64,000 nucleotides of DNA from Bacilli bacterium. GTDB lineage: Bacteria > Bacillota_I > Bacilli_A > RFN20 > CAG-826. Each line of letters opens with the position of its first letter. Within the stretch, counting starts at the first letter, position 1. Both the position numbers and the translations under genes were made by a program. Below are positions 39,097 through 50,555 of this stretch, piece by piece. The DNA is taken from the NCBI GenBank assembly GCA_041669265.1, contig JBAYBM010000002.1, positions 2,391 to 66,390 on the forward strand. The letters run 5' to 3'. The notes below the pieces were generated by a model. That model saw nothing but the letters and a program-made list of their open reading frames with translations. It did not search any database and was not told where the DNA came from.

Positions 39097-40129
39097 ATGG
39101 AATTAAATAGAAAAGATAAAATATTAAAGATTATTGTTGAAGATTTTATTAAGACTGCAACTCCTGTTGGAAGTGACTATTTGATTCATAAATATAATAT
39201 CCCTTACAGTAGCGCAACCATTAGAAATGAAATGAATTCTCTTGAAAAAGAAGGATTATTAGAGAAAACTCATACAAGTAGTGGCAGAGTTCCATCAACT
39301 GAAGGATATAAATATTATGTTAAATATCTCAAATCAGATGGAATTGATTCAAAACTCAAAAGTCAAATTCAACAAGTCTTTGAAAACAGTAAGTCAATCG
39401 AAGAAGTTCTTGGAGAATCTTGTGAAATTTTGAGTTCTATGACTAATTTAGCTAGTGTTTATTTAGGCCCAACAAGTACTACAGAAGCATTAGCAAGTGT
39501 TCAACTTGTCCCACTTAGTAAAAATAGTGCTACAGCTATCTTTATTACAGATAGAGGATATGTTGAAAACAAAACATTTATATTTGATGAAAATGTAAAT
39601 ATGAATGATATGAAAAAATGTGTTTCGCTTATAGATGAAAGATTAAGAGGAACAAAAATTGATCAACTTGTGCCAAAGTTAGACACAATAAAGCCATTAT
39701 TAAAGGATTATATAGCAGATTATAGTTATATATTTACTTCAATATCAAAAACGTTCTTTGAATTTGCAGAAAGCAGAAGCGAATTCTATGGAACTGAAAA
39801 TCTTGTTAATCAACCAGAATTCAAAGATGATGCAAGTGAATTAAAGAAATTATTTGATTTATTTAATGATCCTGAAGAATTAGCGAAGATGATTAACAAA
39901 AAAGCTGAAGACTTGGCAAAAGAAGATGGAAGGTCAATTGAAAGTTTTGATAATGTATCCGTTGTTAGTAAAGATATCAAAATCCCTGGTCAAGAGAATG
40001 ATGTTGGAAAGATTGCTGTTATTGGACCAAAAAGAATGGATTATGGTAGGGTACTAAATGCTCTTGACTATGTTGTAAAAGAGATTATGTTACATTTTAA
40101 TGATTTAAATTGGGAGGATGATAAGAAAA

Positions 40130-40137
<8 letters not shown>
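39097..40137 (+). CDS. hrcA: heat-inducible transcription repressor HrcA
   Basis: 346 aa with an N-terminal wHTH (ILKIIVEDFIKTATPVGSDYL ... SSATIRNEMNSLEKEGLLEKTHTSSGRVPS). Confidence 0.93.
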
Positions 40138-42648
<2,511 letters not shown>

Positions 42649-42675
42649 TTTTATAGTTAATTATTAGTACATAAT

Positions 42676-42695
42676 GGGAAGTATTACTTCCCTTT
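42676..42695 (+). terminator. intercistronic hairpin (possible partial terminator or attenuator) between dnaK and dnaJ
   Basis: GGGAAGT (42676-42682) and ACTTCCC (42686-42692) with loop ATT, followed by only TTT. Confidence 0.45.
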
Positions 42696-42719
42696 ATGCA
42701 TTTAAGGAGGTTGTTATTT

Positions 42720-43877
42720 ATGGCAGCTAAAAGAGATTATTACGAAGTATTAGGTGTAGAAAAAACTGCTACAGCTGATGAAATTAAAAGTGCTTATAGA
42801 AAATTAGCAAAAAAATATCATCCTGATAATAAAGAAACTGGTGATGCAGATAAATTTAAAGAAGCTAGTGAAGCTTATAGTGTTTTAAGTGATGATAAAA
42901 AGAGAAAAACATATGATCAATTTGGTGCTGCAGCATTTGATGAAACTGCAGGTGGTGCAAATCCATTTGCCGGTGGTAATTTTGATGGATTTAACTTTAA
43001 TGGTGGCGATTTTGGTGATTTAAACGATATTTTATCACAAATGTTTGGTGGATTTGGATTTGGTGGCGGAAATGGCGGTAGAAGACAATCACGAAGTGGA
43101 AGTTCACGTGGGAACGATACTTTAATGAGAGTAAAGATTTCATTCATGGATGCTTGTTTGGGCACAACCATTAATTTACCTATTAATTATGATGAAAAAT
43201 GTGATGATTGTGGCGGAACAGGTGCTAAAAATGGTACTGCTTTCGATGTTTGCCCAGATTGTGGCGGACATGGTGTTGTTATTCAGCAACAAAGAACAAT
43301 ATTTGGTATTATGCAAAGCCAAGTTATGTGCCCACGATGCCATGGTACTGGTAAGATTATTCGTGAATCCTGCCCTACATGTGGTGGTAAAGGATACAAA
43401 AGAATTAAGAAGACAATTGCTATTAAAATTCCAAGCGGAATAAATACTGGACAACAAATTAGAGTTTCTGGTAAAGGTGAAAGAGGAATTAATGGTGGTG
43501 ATAATGGTGATTTATATCTTGAAATGGTCGTTGCTCCACATAATACATTTGAAAGAGAAGGAAATGATATTCATTTAACTATTCCTATTGATATGATCGA
43601 TGTTTGTTTGGGTGCAAGTTTGACAGTTCCTACTATTTATGGTGATGTTGAAATGAAAATACCTGCTGGCACACAACCATCTCAAGTTTTTAAAATTAAA
43701 AATAAAGGTGTTAAAGATGTTAGAAGAGATGCTTATGGTGATGAATTTGTACATTTAAATGTAAAAATACCTACTAATTTATCAAAAGAACAAAAAGATG
43801 CCCTAAATGAATTTAAAAATGCTTCACCAAAGGGAGATTCTTGGTTTCAAAAGTTTAAAAATGCATTTAAAAAATAA
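42720..43877 (+). CDS. dnaJ: co-chaperone DnaJ
   Basis: The ATG at 42720 follows the SD AAGGAGG. J-domain with YHPD, a G/F-rich region, and four CxxCxGxG zinc-finger repeats. Confidence 0.95.
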   Translation: MAAKRDYYEVLGVEKTATADEIKSAYRKLAKKYHPDNKETGDADKFKEASEAYSVLSDDKKRKTYDQFGAAAFDETAGGANPFAGGNFDGFNFNGGDFGDLNDILSQMFGGFGFGGGNGGRRQSRSGSSRGNDTLMRVKISFMDACLGTTINLPINYDEKCDDCGGTGAKNGTAFDVCPDCGGHGVVIQQQRTIFGIMQSQVMCPRCHGTGKIIRESCPTCGGKGYKRIKKTIAIKIPSGINTGQQIRVSGKGERGINGGDNGDLYLEMVVAPHNTFEREGNDIHLTIPIDMIDVCLGASLTVPTIYGDVEMKIPAGTQPSQVFKIKNKGVKDVRRDAYGDEFVHLNVKIPTNLSKEQKDALNEFKNASPKGDSWFQKFKNAFKK

Positions 43878-43936
43878 TATTAATTAATACTAAACAATTG
43901 TTATTTGTAATATAATCACATTAGGAGAAGTTTTGT

Positions 43937-44386
43937 ATGCCAAAGTGTAAATATTGTGGATCTAATATAACGAAATTTGATAAAGATATTTGCCCAATTT
44001 GTGGGGCAAAAAATCCTTTTGGTGGAGATGATTCTCAAACCGTAGATATTACAGAAACTATTGATACGATTAATCAAAAAGATGATAAGAAAATTGAATG
44101 TAAGCAAAAAAGCCGTTTAATTCGTGGCTTTTTATGTATGTTTTTAGGTATTTTTGGTATTGATGACCTTTATTTAGGGATTAAAAAAAGATTCTTGATT
44201 AGGTTATGTGTGAGTGCTGTTTGCTATGTTATCTTAGTTGCCATTTTTTATTTTGTATTCAAAGATAATGTTGTATTGATGCTTTTATTGCCATTTTTGA
44301 TAATTTTTGCAATTTATTTCGTTATTGGAATTGTTTTGCTATTTATTAAAAATCAAAAAGATTCTAATGGAGTATTTTTGAGATAA
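43937..44386 (+). CDS. zinc-ribbon plus TM2-domain membrane protein
   Basis: N-terminal CKYCGS...CPICG zinc ribbon. The TM2-like core is FLCMFLGIFGIDDLYLGIKKRFLIRL, followed by further TM segments. Confidence 0.7.
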   Translation: MPKCKYCGSNITKFDKDICPICGAKNPFGGDDSQTVDITETIDTINQKDDKKIECKQKSRLIRGFLCMFLGIFGIDDLYLGIKKRFLIRLCVSAVCYVILVAIFYFVFKDNVVLMLLLPFLIIFAIYFVIGIVLLFIKNQKDSNGVFLR

Positions 44387-45102
44387 TGCAAAGATATATT
44401 GGTAAAATTGAAAATGAACATATCATCTTAGAAAAAGATGATATTTTTCATATTGTGAAAGTAATGAGAATGCATAAAGGAGACTATTTTGATGTTTTAA
44501 TTCCTAATAGTGGAGTTTATTTATGTCAAATTAATAACAATGAGCAATTTGATTTTTCTATAGTAAAAAAGATTGAAGAAAATCATGAAGTTGATGGATA
44601 TATTAGGCTTTTATATTGTATTCCAAAAGGAGAAAAGCTTGATTTTGTAATTCAAAAAAGTGTTGAATTGGGTGCTGATGAAATTGTACTAGTAAACTCA
44701 AGTAGGTGTGTAAGAAAGCTAGATAAGTCAAATATTAGTAATAAATTAGTACGTTTTAATAAGATTATTAAAGAAGCAACTGAACAATGCAAAAGAGAAA
44801 AAGTATTAAAATTAACTGATATAATTGATTTTTCTGATATTGGAAAATATCAAGCTGATGTTAAACTAATACCATATGAAAACACAAAGGAAAGCGTATA
44901 TAATCTAAGCAATAAATTAAATAATGTTAGAGGCAAGGTTGTTAATGTGGTTGTTGGTAGTGAAGGTGGCTTTTCCGAGGATGAGGTTAGTTATGCAAAA
45001 AAGAACGGTTTTGAAGAGATTAGTTTAGGAAAAAGAATTTTGCGCAGTGAAACAAGTTGTATATATATTTTAAGTTTATTATCATTTTATATGGAAAATT
45101 AA
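44386..45102 (+). CDS. rsmE: 16S rRNA (uracil1498-N3)-methyltransferase
   Basis: 238 aa with a PUA-like N-terminus and a SPOUT C-terminus (VVGSEGGFSEDEV ... LGKRILRSETS). Conserved position (B. subtilis yqeU). Confidence 0.88.
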   Translation: MQRYIGKIENEHIILEKDDIFHIVKVMRMHKGDYFDVLIPNSGVYLCQINNNEQFDFSIVKKIEENHEVDGYIRLLYCIPKGEKLDFVIQKSVELGADEIVLVNSSRCVRKLDKSNISNKLVRFNKIIKEATEQCKREKVLKLTDIIDFSDIGKYQADVKLIPYENTKESVYNLSNKLNNVRGKVVNVVVGSEGGFSEDEVSYAKKNGFEEISLGKRILRSETSCIYILSLLSFYMEN

Positions 45103-45104
45103 TT

Positions 45105-45866
45105 ATGAAAGTTTATAAAATTTTAGAAAAAGAACAAAATAAGCATGTTATTCGAAATACTGACGAATATAGATTTTATATGGATAATAAGTTTCTATTA
45201 AAAGAATTACCATTTTTTGAGAAATTTTTAGAAACTAGTAATTTATTCGATATTATTCGTGCAAATATGCTTATTTTAGCAATTCAAAATAAAAATAAAC
45301 TTGATAGGATTATTGATGATGAATATGGTTTTGATATGTCAAGAAGGGGTATTATAAAAGATAAAAATTTAGTTGTAAATAAAGTTCTTGATTTGCCTTA
45401 TTTAAAATACAATGGTTTTAAAATTTATATTCCTTTCTTTAACGTTGCTACTAATTATGTTTATTCTTCAGATAATATGAAAATGTATAAAGAACCATAT
45501 TCAAATTTATTCGACCAATATGCTCCTTTTTTAGTAAATCCATTTACAACTTATGGAATCGATTTATTTGATTCTTTGTTTACAAAGCTTGTTAGAATCG
45601 ATGAAAATTCAACTAGTGTTGCATTCTACGATTTTGATTTTAACGTTATTATCATTATTAATAGACAAGGATCATTGGATAATATTATTTATTTATTTGA
45701 TAAGCATCTTAAGAAGCCAAATAAGTCAAAGATTGTTGAACGTATTCAGCCAATAATTAAAGCCTATTATTCAAATAATTTAAACGATTTCATTTATTTG
45801 TTATATAAGAATGAATTAATTTCATATACAGTTTTTAGAAAGTTGTGTAAGGGGAAATATTTATGA
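45105..45866 (+). CDS. hypothetical protein (no recognisable motif)
   Basis: 253 aa from the ATG at 45105, 3 nt after the rsmE stop. Its stop overlaps the mtaB start (ATGA at 45863-45866). The composition resembles the neighbouring genes. Confidence 0.6.
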   Translation: MKVYKILEKEQNKHVIRNTDEYRFYMDNKFLLKELPFFEKFLETSNLFDIIRANMLILAIQNKNKLDRIIDDEYGFDMSRRGIIKDKNLVVNKVLDLPYLKYNGFKIYIPFFNVATNYVYSSDNMKMYKEPYSNLFDQYAPFLVNPFTTYGIDLFDSLFTKLVRIDENSTSVAFYDFDFNVIIIINRQGSLDNIIYLFDKHLKKPNKSKIVERIQPIIKAYYSNNLNDFIYLLYKNELISYTVFRKLCKGKYL

Positions 45867-47134
45867 TGAAATTTTTAATTGATTTTTTAGGATGCAAAGT
45901 TAATAACTATGAATGCGAATGTGTAAGCAATGATTTAATAAAAAAAGGTTATTCTCCAGTTAAAAACAAAGAAAAACCTGATGTAATTATTATTAATACA
46001 TGTGCTGTTACAGAAACAAGTTCAACAAAGTCAAAGAAAATGATTCGTCATTATCGTTTTAAATATCATAACGCAATCATCGTTGTTATGGGTTGTGATG
46101 CTCAAAATGAACCAGATTATATGTCTCAAGAACTAAAAATAGATATTTTGATTGGTACAGCAAATAGATCAAAAATTTATGATTTTATTGAGCAATTTAA
46201 GACATATAAAGAAAAAATTGTTGATATAGGTGATCCAATTAAAGACAAAAAATATGAACCAATTAATTTAAGTGGTTTTTTGTTTAATACTAGAGCGTAT
46301 GTAAAAATACAAGATGGATGCGATAATTATTGTACATATTGTTTAATACCTTATGTTAGAGGAAGAAGCAGAAGTAGAAAACCAGATGAGATCTATGAAG
46401 AAATTAATAAATTAGTTGAAAATGGTTATAAAGAAATCGTTTTAACCGGTATTGATATGTGTAGTTATGGTGAAGATTTTACTGAAAAGATGTCTTTTAG
46501 TGATTTATTAGAACAAATTTTAATTAGAAATCCTAAATTATATAGATTGAGAATTTCTTCTATTGAAGAAAGTCAAATAGATACAAAGTTTCTTGATATA
46601 TTAGGTAAATATCCAAATGTAGCAGATCATTTGCATATCCCTTTACAAAGTGGGAGTGCAACTATTTTAAAGAAGATGAATAGAAAATATGATTTGGTGA
46701 GTTATAAACAAAAGATTAAAAAAATAAGAGAAATTAGACCTGATATAGCTATTACAACAGATGTTATTGTTGGTTTTCCTGGAGAAACTGATGATGATTT
46801 TGAAGAAACTATTAAATTTTGCAAACAAATAAAATTTTCAAAAGTTCATGTTTTCCCATATAGTGATAGAAGAGGAACAATTGCTTCTAAAATTGAGCCA
46901 AAAGTCGATCCATATTATAAAAAGGCTAGAGTTTTAAGGTTGTTGACTCTCTCAAATGATTTAGAAAACTCATATGAAAAAAGGTTTTTAGATAAAAAAA
47001 TAGATTTCTTATTCGAAAATTATGATGAAAAGAAAAAGTCTTATAGAGGACATTCGTCAAATTATTTAGAAATTTATTATAAAAGTGATGAAAATTTGAC
47101 TAACCAAGTTAAAAAAGTGGAATACGTAAAATAA
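45863..47134 (+). CDS. mtaB: tRNA N6-threonylcarbamoyladenosine 2-methylthiotransferase (MiaB/RimO family, MtaB type)
   Basis: UPF0004 N-domain (FLGCKVNNYE), radical SAM motif CDNYCTYC, and a TRAM-like C-terminus. Conserved position (B. subtilis yqeV). Confidence 0.88.
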   Translation: MMKFLIDFLGCKVNNYECECVSNDLIKKGYSPVKNKEKPDVIIINTCAVTETSSTKSKKMIRHYRFKYHNAIIVVMGCDAQNEPDYMSQELKIDILIGTANRSKIYDFIEQFKTYKEKIVDIGDPIKDKKYEPINLSGFLFNTRAYVKIQDGCDNYCTYCLIPYVRGRSRSRKPDEIYEEINKLVENGYKEIVLTGIDMCSYGEDFTEKMSFSDLLEQILIRNPKLYRLRISSIEESQIDTKFLDILGKYPNVADHLHIPLQSGSATILKKMNRKYDLVSYKQKIKKIREIRPDIAITTDVIVGFPGETDDDFEETIKFCKQIKFSKVHVFPYSDRRGTIASKIEPKVDPYYKKARVLRLLTLSNDLENSYEKRFLDKKIDFLFENYDEKKKSYRGHSSNYLEIYYKSDENLTNQVKKVEYVK

Positions 47135-47266
47135 TTTTTGTCAGTGTCAAAACAAAAAGTTATGTTTATATCGACTATTATTGATTTTTTATTACAAAAA
47201 TAAATTTATTTAATTTTATTTTGTTTAAAGATTGTATATAATAGTTTTTGCAAAAGGAGATTTATT

Positions 47267-47467
47267 ATGGCAGTACCATTTAGAAGAACAAGCAAAACTT
47301 CAAAAGCAATGAGACGTACTCATTATAAATTAACAGCTAACGGATTAACTGAATGTTCACATTGCGGAGCAATGATTAAAGAACATACTGTTTGCCCAGT
47401 TTGTGGTTATTATGATGGAAAAGAAGTTATTAAAGTCAAAAAAGCTGAGAAAAAAGCTAGTAAATAA
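47267..47467 (+). CDS. rpmF: 50S ribosomal protein L32 (zinc-ribbon form)
   Basis: [22 protein letters not shown] with CSHCG...CPVCG. Confidence 0.93.
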   Translation: MAVPFRRTSKTSKAMRRTHYKLTANGLTECSHCGAMIKEHTVCPVCGYYDGKEVIKVKKAEKKASK

Positions 47468-47487
47468 GGCCTATGCCTTATTTTTTT
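47466..47487 (+). terminator. intrinsic terminator after rpmF
   Basis: AAGGC (47466-47470) and GCCTT (47475-47479) with loop CTAT, then A followed by T7. Confidence 0.8.
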
Positions 47488-47505
47488 ATAAAAGGAGAAT
47501 AATAT

Positions 47506-48141
47506 ATGAAATATAATAAATTTATTGATGATACAAATTTACATGCTGATGCCTCCGATTCTGATATTAAAGAATTATGTGAAGAAGCAAAAGAATACGA
47601 TTTTATGTCAGTTTGTATTAATCCTGATTATATTGAATTTGCAAAAAAGATTTTAAAAGGCAGTGATGTAAAAGTTTGTACAGTTATAGGATTTCCATTA
47701 GGAAGCAATACAACTGATACAAAGGTTTTTGAAGCAAAAGATGCAATTAATAAAGGTGCAGATGAGATTGATATGGTTATTAATGTATCTAGGCTTAAAA
47801 TGAACGATAATAGCTACGTTTTAAATGAAATTAAAGCTGTTAGAAATGTTAGTAAAGGGCATATTTTAAAGGTTATTATTGAATGTTGCTTATTAACAAA
47901 CGATGAAATTGAAAGAGTTTCAAAATTAGTAAAAGAGGCTGGTGCCGATTTTGTTAAGACGTCTACCGGTTTTTCAAAATGGGGAGCAAAAAAAGAAGAT
48001 GTAGCTCTTATGAGAAAAACTGTCGGGCCAAATTTTGGAGTTAAAGCAGCCGGTGGAATTCGTACTCATGAAGAAATGATAGAAATGATTGATGCTGGTG
48101 CAACTAGAATTGGAACAAGTAGTGGCAAAAAATTGATGTAA
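47506..48141 (+). CDS. deoC: deoxyribose-phosphate aldolase
   Basis: 211 aa with motifs EIDMVIN, FVKTSTGF (Schiff-base Lys) and VKAAGGIR. Confidence 0.92.
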   Translation: MKYNKFIDDTNLHADASDSDIKELCEEAKEYDFMSVCINPDYIEFAKKILKGSDVKVCTVIGFPLGSNTTDTKVFEAKDAINKGADEIDMVINVSRLKMNDNSYVLNEIKAVRNVSKGHILKVIIECCLLTNDEIERVSKLVKEAGADFVKTSTGFSKWGAKKEDVALMRKTVGPNFGVKAAGGIRTHEEMIEMIDAGATRIGTSSGKKLM

Positions 48142-48219
48142 ATAAGCAAAAAAATACTTGTTTATGACAAAATAAATATAGTAATATATATAAGCGTGTT
48201 AAAAGAGGAGGTGAGATTT

Positions 48220-48393
48220 ATGCAAAAAATAGTTATTCATGATGGTGAAACTTTAGATGAAGCATTACGTCGTTTTAAACGTTCTGTTAATAAAGCTGGA
48301 ACTATTCAAGAATGTAGAAAAAGAGAATTCTTCCTCAAAAAGACTTTAAAAAGAAAAGTTAAGAGTGAAAACGCTCGTAAAAAGTACAGATAA
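48220..48393 (+). CDS. rpsU: 30S ribosomal protein S21
   Basis: The ATG at 48220 follows the [42 protein letters not shown] is typical of S21. Confidence 0.93.
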   Translation: MQKIVIHDGETLDEALRRFKRSVNKAGTIQECRKREFFLKKTLKRKVKSENARKKYR

Positions 48394-48397
48394 AAAT

Positions 48398-48428
48398 AAA
48401 AGTTGGTCGAAAGATCAACTTTTTTTTA
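48398..48428 (+). terminator. intrinsic terminator after rpsU
   Basis: AGTTGGTC (48401-48408) pairs with GATCAACT (48413-48420), 8 bp including one G-U, with loop GAAA and a following T-run to 48427. Confidence 0.8.
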
Positions 48429-48436
48429 AATTTTTA

Positions 48437-48469
48437 TATTTACTCCCTTCTTGTATATTAGGAGGGCTT
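48437..48469 (+). promoter_or_regulatory. conserved SD-sequestering leader element, copy 2 (upstream of the C39 membrane protein)
   Basis: TATTTACTCCCTTCTTG-TAT-ATTAGGAGGG. CCCTTCT (48445-48451) can pair with AGGAGGG (48460-48466) across an 8-nt loop. All three differences from copy 1 fall in the loop. Confidence 0.5.
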
Positions 48470-49684
48470 ATGAAATATTTTATAAATCAACTTAGTGATA
48501 AAGATTGTGCAATGACTTCGCTTAAAATACTTTTATCAATATTATATAAGAATAAAGATTTTTTATATTATCCATATGCAAATATTGATGAATCATTATC
48601 TTTAAAAAATATTATGGCAATAGCGAAAAAAGAAGGTGTAACCCTTGGTGGCTATAGGTGTGTTGATTATGATGGTTCTTGTTTAAATAAAGTTATAAAT
48701 AATGCTAAGAATCCTTTTTTAATTCCAATAAAAGAAGATGATACGCTCCATATGGTTGTTGTTAAAAAAGTTAAAGAAAAGAAAATATTTGTTTATGATC
48801 CAAAAAGAGGCTGTTATTGGATAAAAAATGAAAATTTAAAAGTTATATGGAATGGCGAATTTCTAAAAGTTGAGAAGATAAAAGGAAGTGATTTTAAATT
48901 AGCAAAAACTAGAATAATACCTACTAAATATACGTTTATTACGATCTTGTTTGAAATATTGAGTTTTGGTTCTTTTATTGGTGCTTTATATTTTGTTAGT
49001 GATTCTTTACCTTTTTATATATCATTAATTATGTTTGGTTTTTATGTTATTTTTGAGTTCTTTTATAGAAAAAGTCTTATTAATACAATAAAATATTTTG
49101 ATCGTAGTACGATGCTTAATGTTGATGTATTTAATCATAAAGATTTTAAAGAAAGATATGCCAATATGACAAGGTTTAAAGTAATATCAATTTCAAATCC
49201 AGCTCAAATTTTATCAATAATTGTTATGACAATATTTGGCATAGTTGTTCTTTTATTAAATAGTTCATATAATACTTTTTCTGTCGTTGCCATCATACTT
49301 TTTGAATTTCTTTTTAAAATATTTGAAAAATATTTTATTGAAGGAAAAAGAAATTATATAAATAGTATTGAAAAAGATATTAACATTTCAAAAACACTAA
49401 GTAACGAGAGTTTTATTAAGAAAATACAATCTTTAAATATAGAGACATATAATTATGTTTCTTATTCTACATTTAAAAAGTATGTGATGTATTTTTTGAT
49501 GATTGCTTTATCACTTATGTTTGCTATTATAACAAATTCTTTATCAATAAATTTTGTTCTATTTCATTTTTTCTTTTATTTATATTTAGGAGAAAACATG
49601 GAACAAGTATTCAATTTTTCAAGAAATTATGATGAATACAAGTATTATAAGTGTTTATTTTTGTATTATTTTAACAAGTACTAA
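48470..49684 (+). CDS. peptidase C39-like domain fused to a ~6-TM ABC-exporter-like membrane domain, with no ATPase domain
   Basis: The ATG at 48470 lies 3 nt after the SD. The N-terminal QLSDKDCAMTSLKILL ... DTLHMVVVKK ... VYDP matches the Gln/Cys/His/Asp pattern of the C39 bacteriocin-processing peptidases. About six hydrophobic segments follow. The protein ends at 404 aa with no Walker motifs. Confidence 0.7.
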   Translation: MKYFINQLSDKDCAMTSLKILLSILYKNKDFLYYPYANIDESLSLKNIMAIAKKEGVTLGGYRCVDYDGSCLNKVINNAKNPFLIPIKEDDTLHMVVVKKVKEKKIFVYDPKRGCYWIKNENLKVIWNGEFLKVEKIKGSDFKLAKTRIIPTKYTFITILFEILSFGSFIGALYFVSDSLPFYISLIMFGFYVIFEFFYRKSLINTIKYFDRSTMLNVDVFNHKDFKERYANMTRFKVISISNPAQILSIIVMTIFGIVVLLLNSSYNTFSVVAIILFEFLFKIFEKYFIEGKRNYINSIEKDINISKTLSNESFIKKIQSLNIETYNYVSYSTFKKYVMYFLMIALSLMFAIITNSLSINFVLFHFFFYLYLGENMEQVFNFSRNYDEYKYYKCLFLYYFNKY

Positions 49685-49699
49685 TGATATAATTTAGTC

Positions 49700-50143
49700 A
49701 TGGAATTAGATTTTTGTAACGAAACTGCTATTGAGCTAGATGATTATTATCCTATATATGAAAGATTATTAGATAAAACACTAAAAGTTCTAAATAAAAC
49801 TGACGAATATGTTGTTAGTATAACTTTTGTTAGTATCGATAAAATTCATGAGATCAATAAGAAATTTAGAGATGTTGATAGAGAGACTGATGTTATTTCT
49901 TTTGCTTTCTTAGATGACAAAAAGGAAATTATAAAAGGTAATATTCCAATCGATTTAGGTGAAATATATATATGTTATGATGTAGCCTTAAGAAATTCTA
50001 TTTCATATGGTAATACAATAAATAGAGAACTTTCTTTTCTTTTTGTTCATGGATTATTGCATTTATTTGGTTATAATCATATTAAGAAGGAAGATGAGGA
50101 AATTATGTTCCCTCTTCAAGAAGAGATATTAAAAAAGGAGTAA
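49700..50143 (+). CDS. ybeY: rRNA maturation endoribonuclease YbeY
   Basis: 147 aa with the zinc motif HGLLHLFGYNH. Confidence 0.92.
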   Translation: MELDFCNETAIELDDYYPIYERLLDKTLKVLNKTDEYVVSITFVSIDKIHEINKKFRDVDRETDVISFAFLDDKKEIIKGNIPIDLGEIYICYDVALRNSISYGNTINRELSFLFVHGLLHLFGYNHIKKEDEEIMFPLQEEILKKE

Positions 50144-50147
50144 ATAT

Positions 50148-50555
50148 ATGGAAGATCAGTATTTAATTGATAATGCAATTGATGCAATGACAAATTTGTC
50201 ATATGCTCCTTATTCAAAATTTAAGGTTGGTGCTGCATTATTAACAAAAGATGGAAAAGTTTTTTTAGGCGCTAACGTTGAAAACGCAGCTTATGGTTGT
50301 TCAATGTGTGCAGAAAGAAATGCTTTATATAATGCTTACATGCATGGAGTTCAAAGAGAAGATATTGAAGCTTTAGCAATCGTTGCTGATTCTCCAAGAC
50401 CTGTATCTCCTTGCGGTCAATGTAGACAAGTTTTAAGCGAATTATTTCCAGAGGATAAGAAGATTATTCTTGCAAATTTAGATGGTGATGTAAAAGTTAC
50501 CAATATTGATGAATTATTACCATATTCATTTAATGAAAGCGATATGGACAAATGA
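50148..50555 (+). CDS. cdd: cytidine deaminase
   Basis: 135 aa with zinc ligands CAERNA and PCGQCRQ. Confidence 0.92.
   Translation: MEDQYLIDNAIDAMTNLSYAPYSKFKVGAALLTKDGKVFLGANVENAAYGCSMCAERNALYNAYMHGVQREDIEALAIVADSPRPVSPCGQCRQVLSELFPEDKKIILANLDGDVKVTNIDELLPYSFNESDMDK

Noticed and set aside
42917-43457. Three ORFs overlapping dnaJ (42917-43171 minus, 43150-43443 plus, 43176-43457 minus)
   Set aside because: They arise from the repetitive G/F-rich and CxxCxGxG codon runs of dnaJ. The translations are low-complexity Pro/Asn or Leu/Val strings.
48365-48469. Upstream extension of the C39 gene in the track (start inside rpsU)
   Set aside because: It would read through the rpsU stop region, an intrinsic terminator and the leader element. 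The ATG at 48470 is preceded by AGGAGGG.
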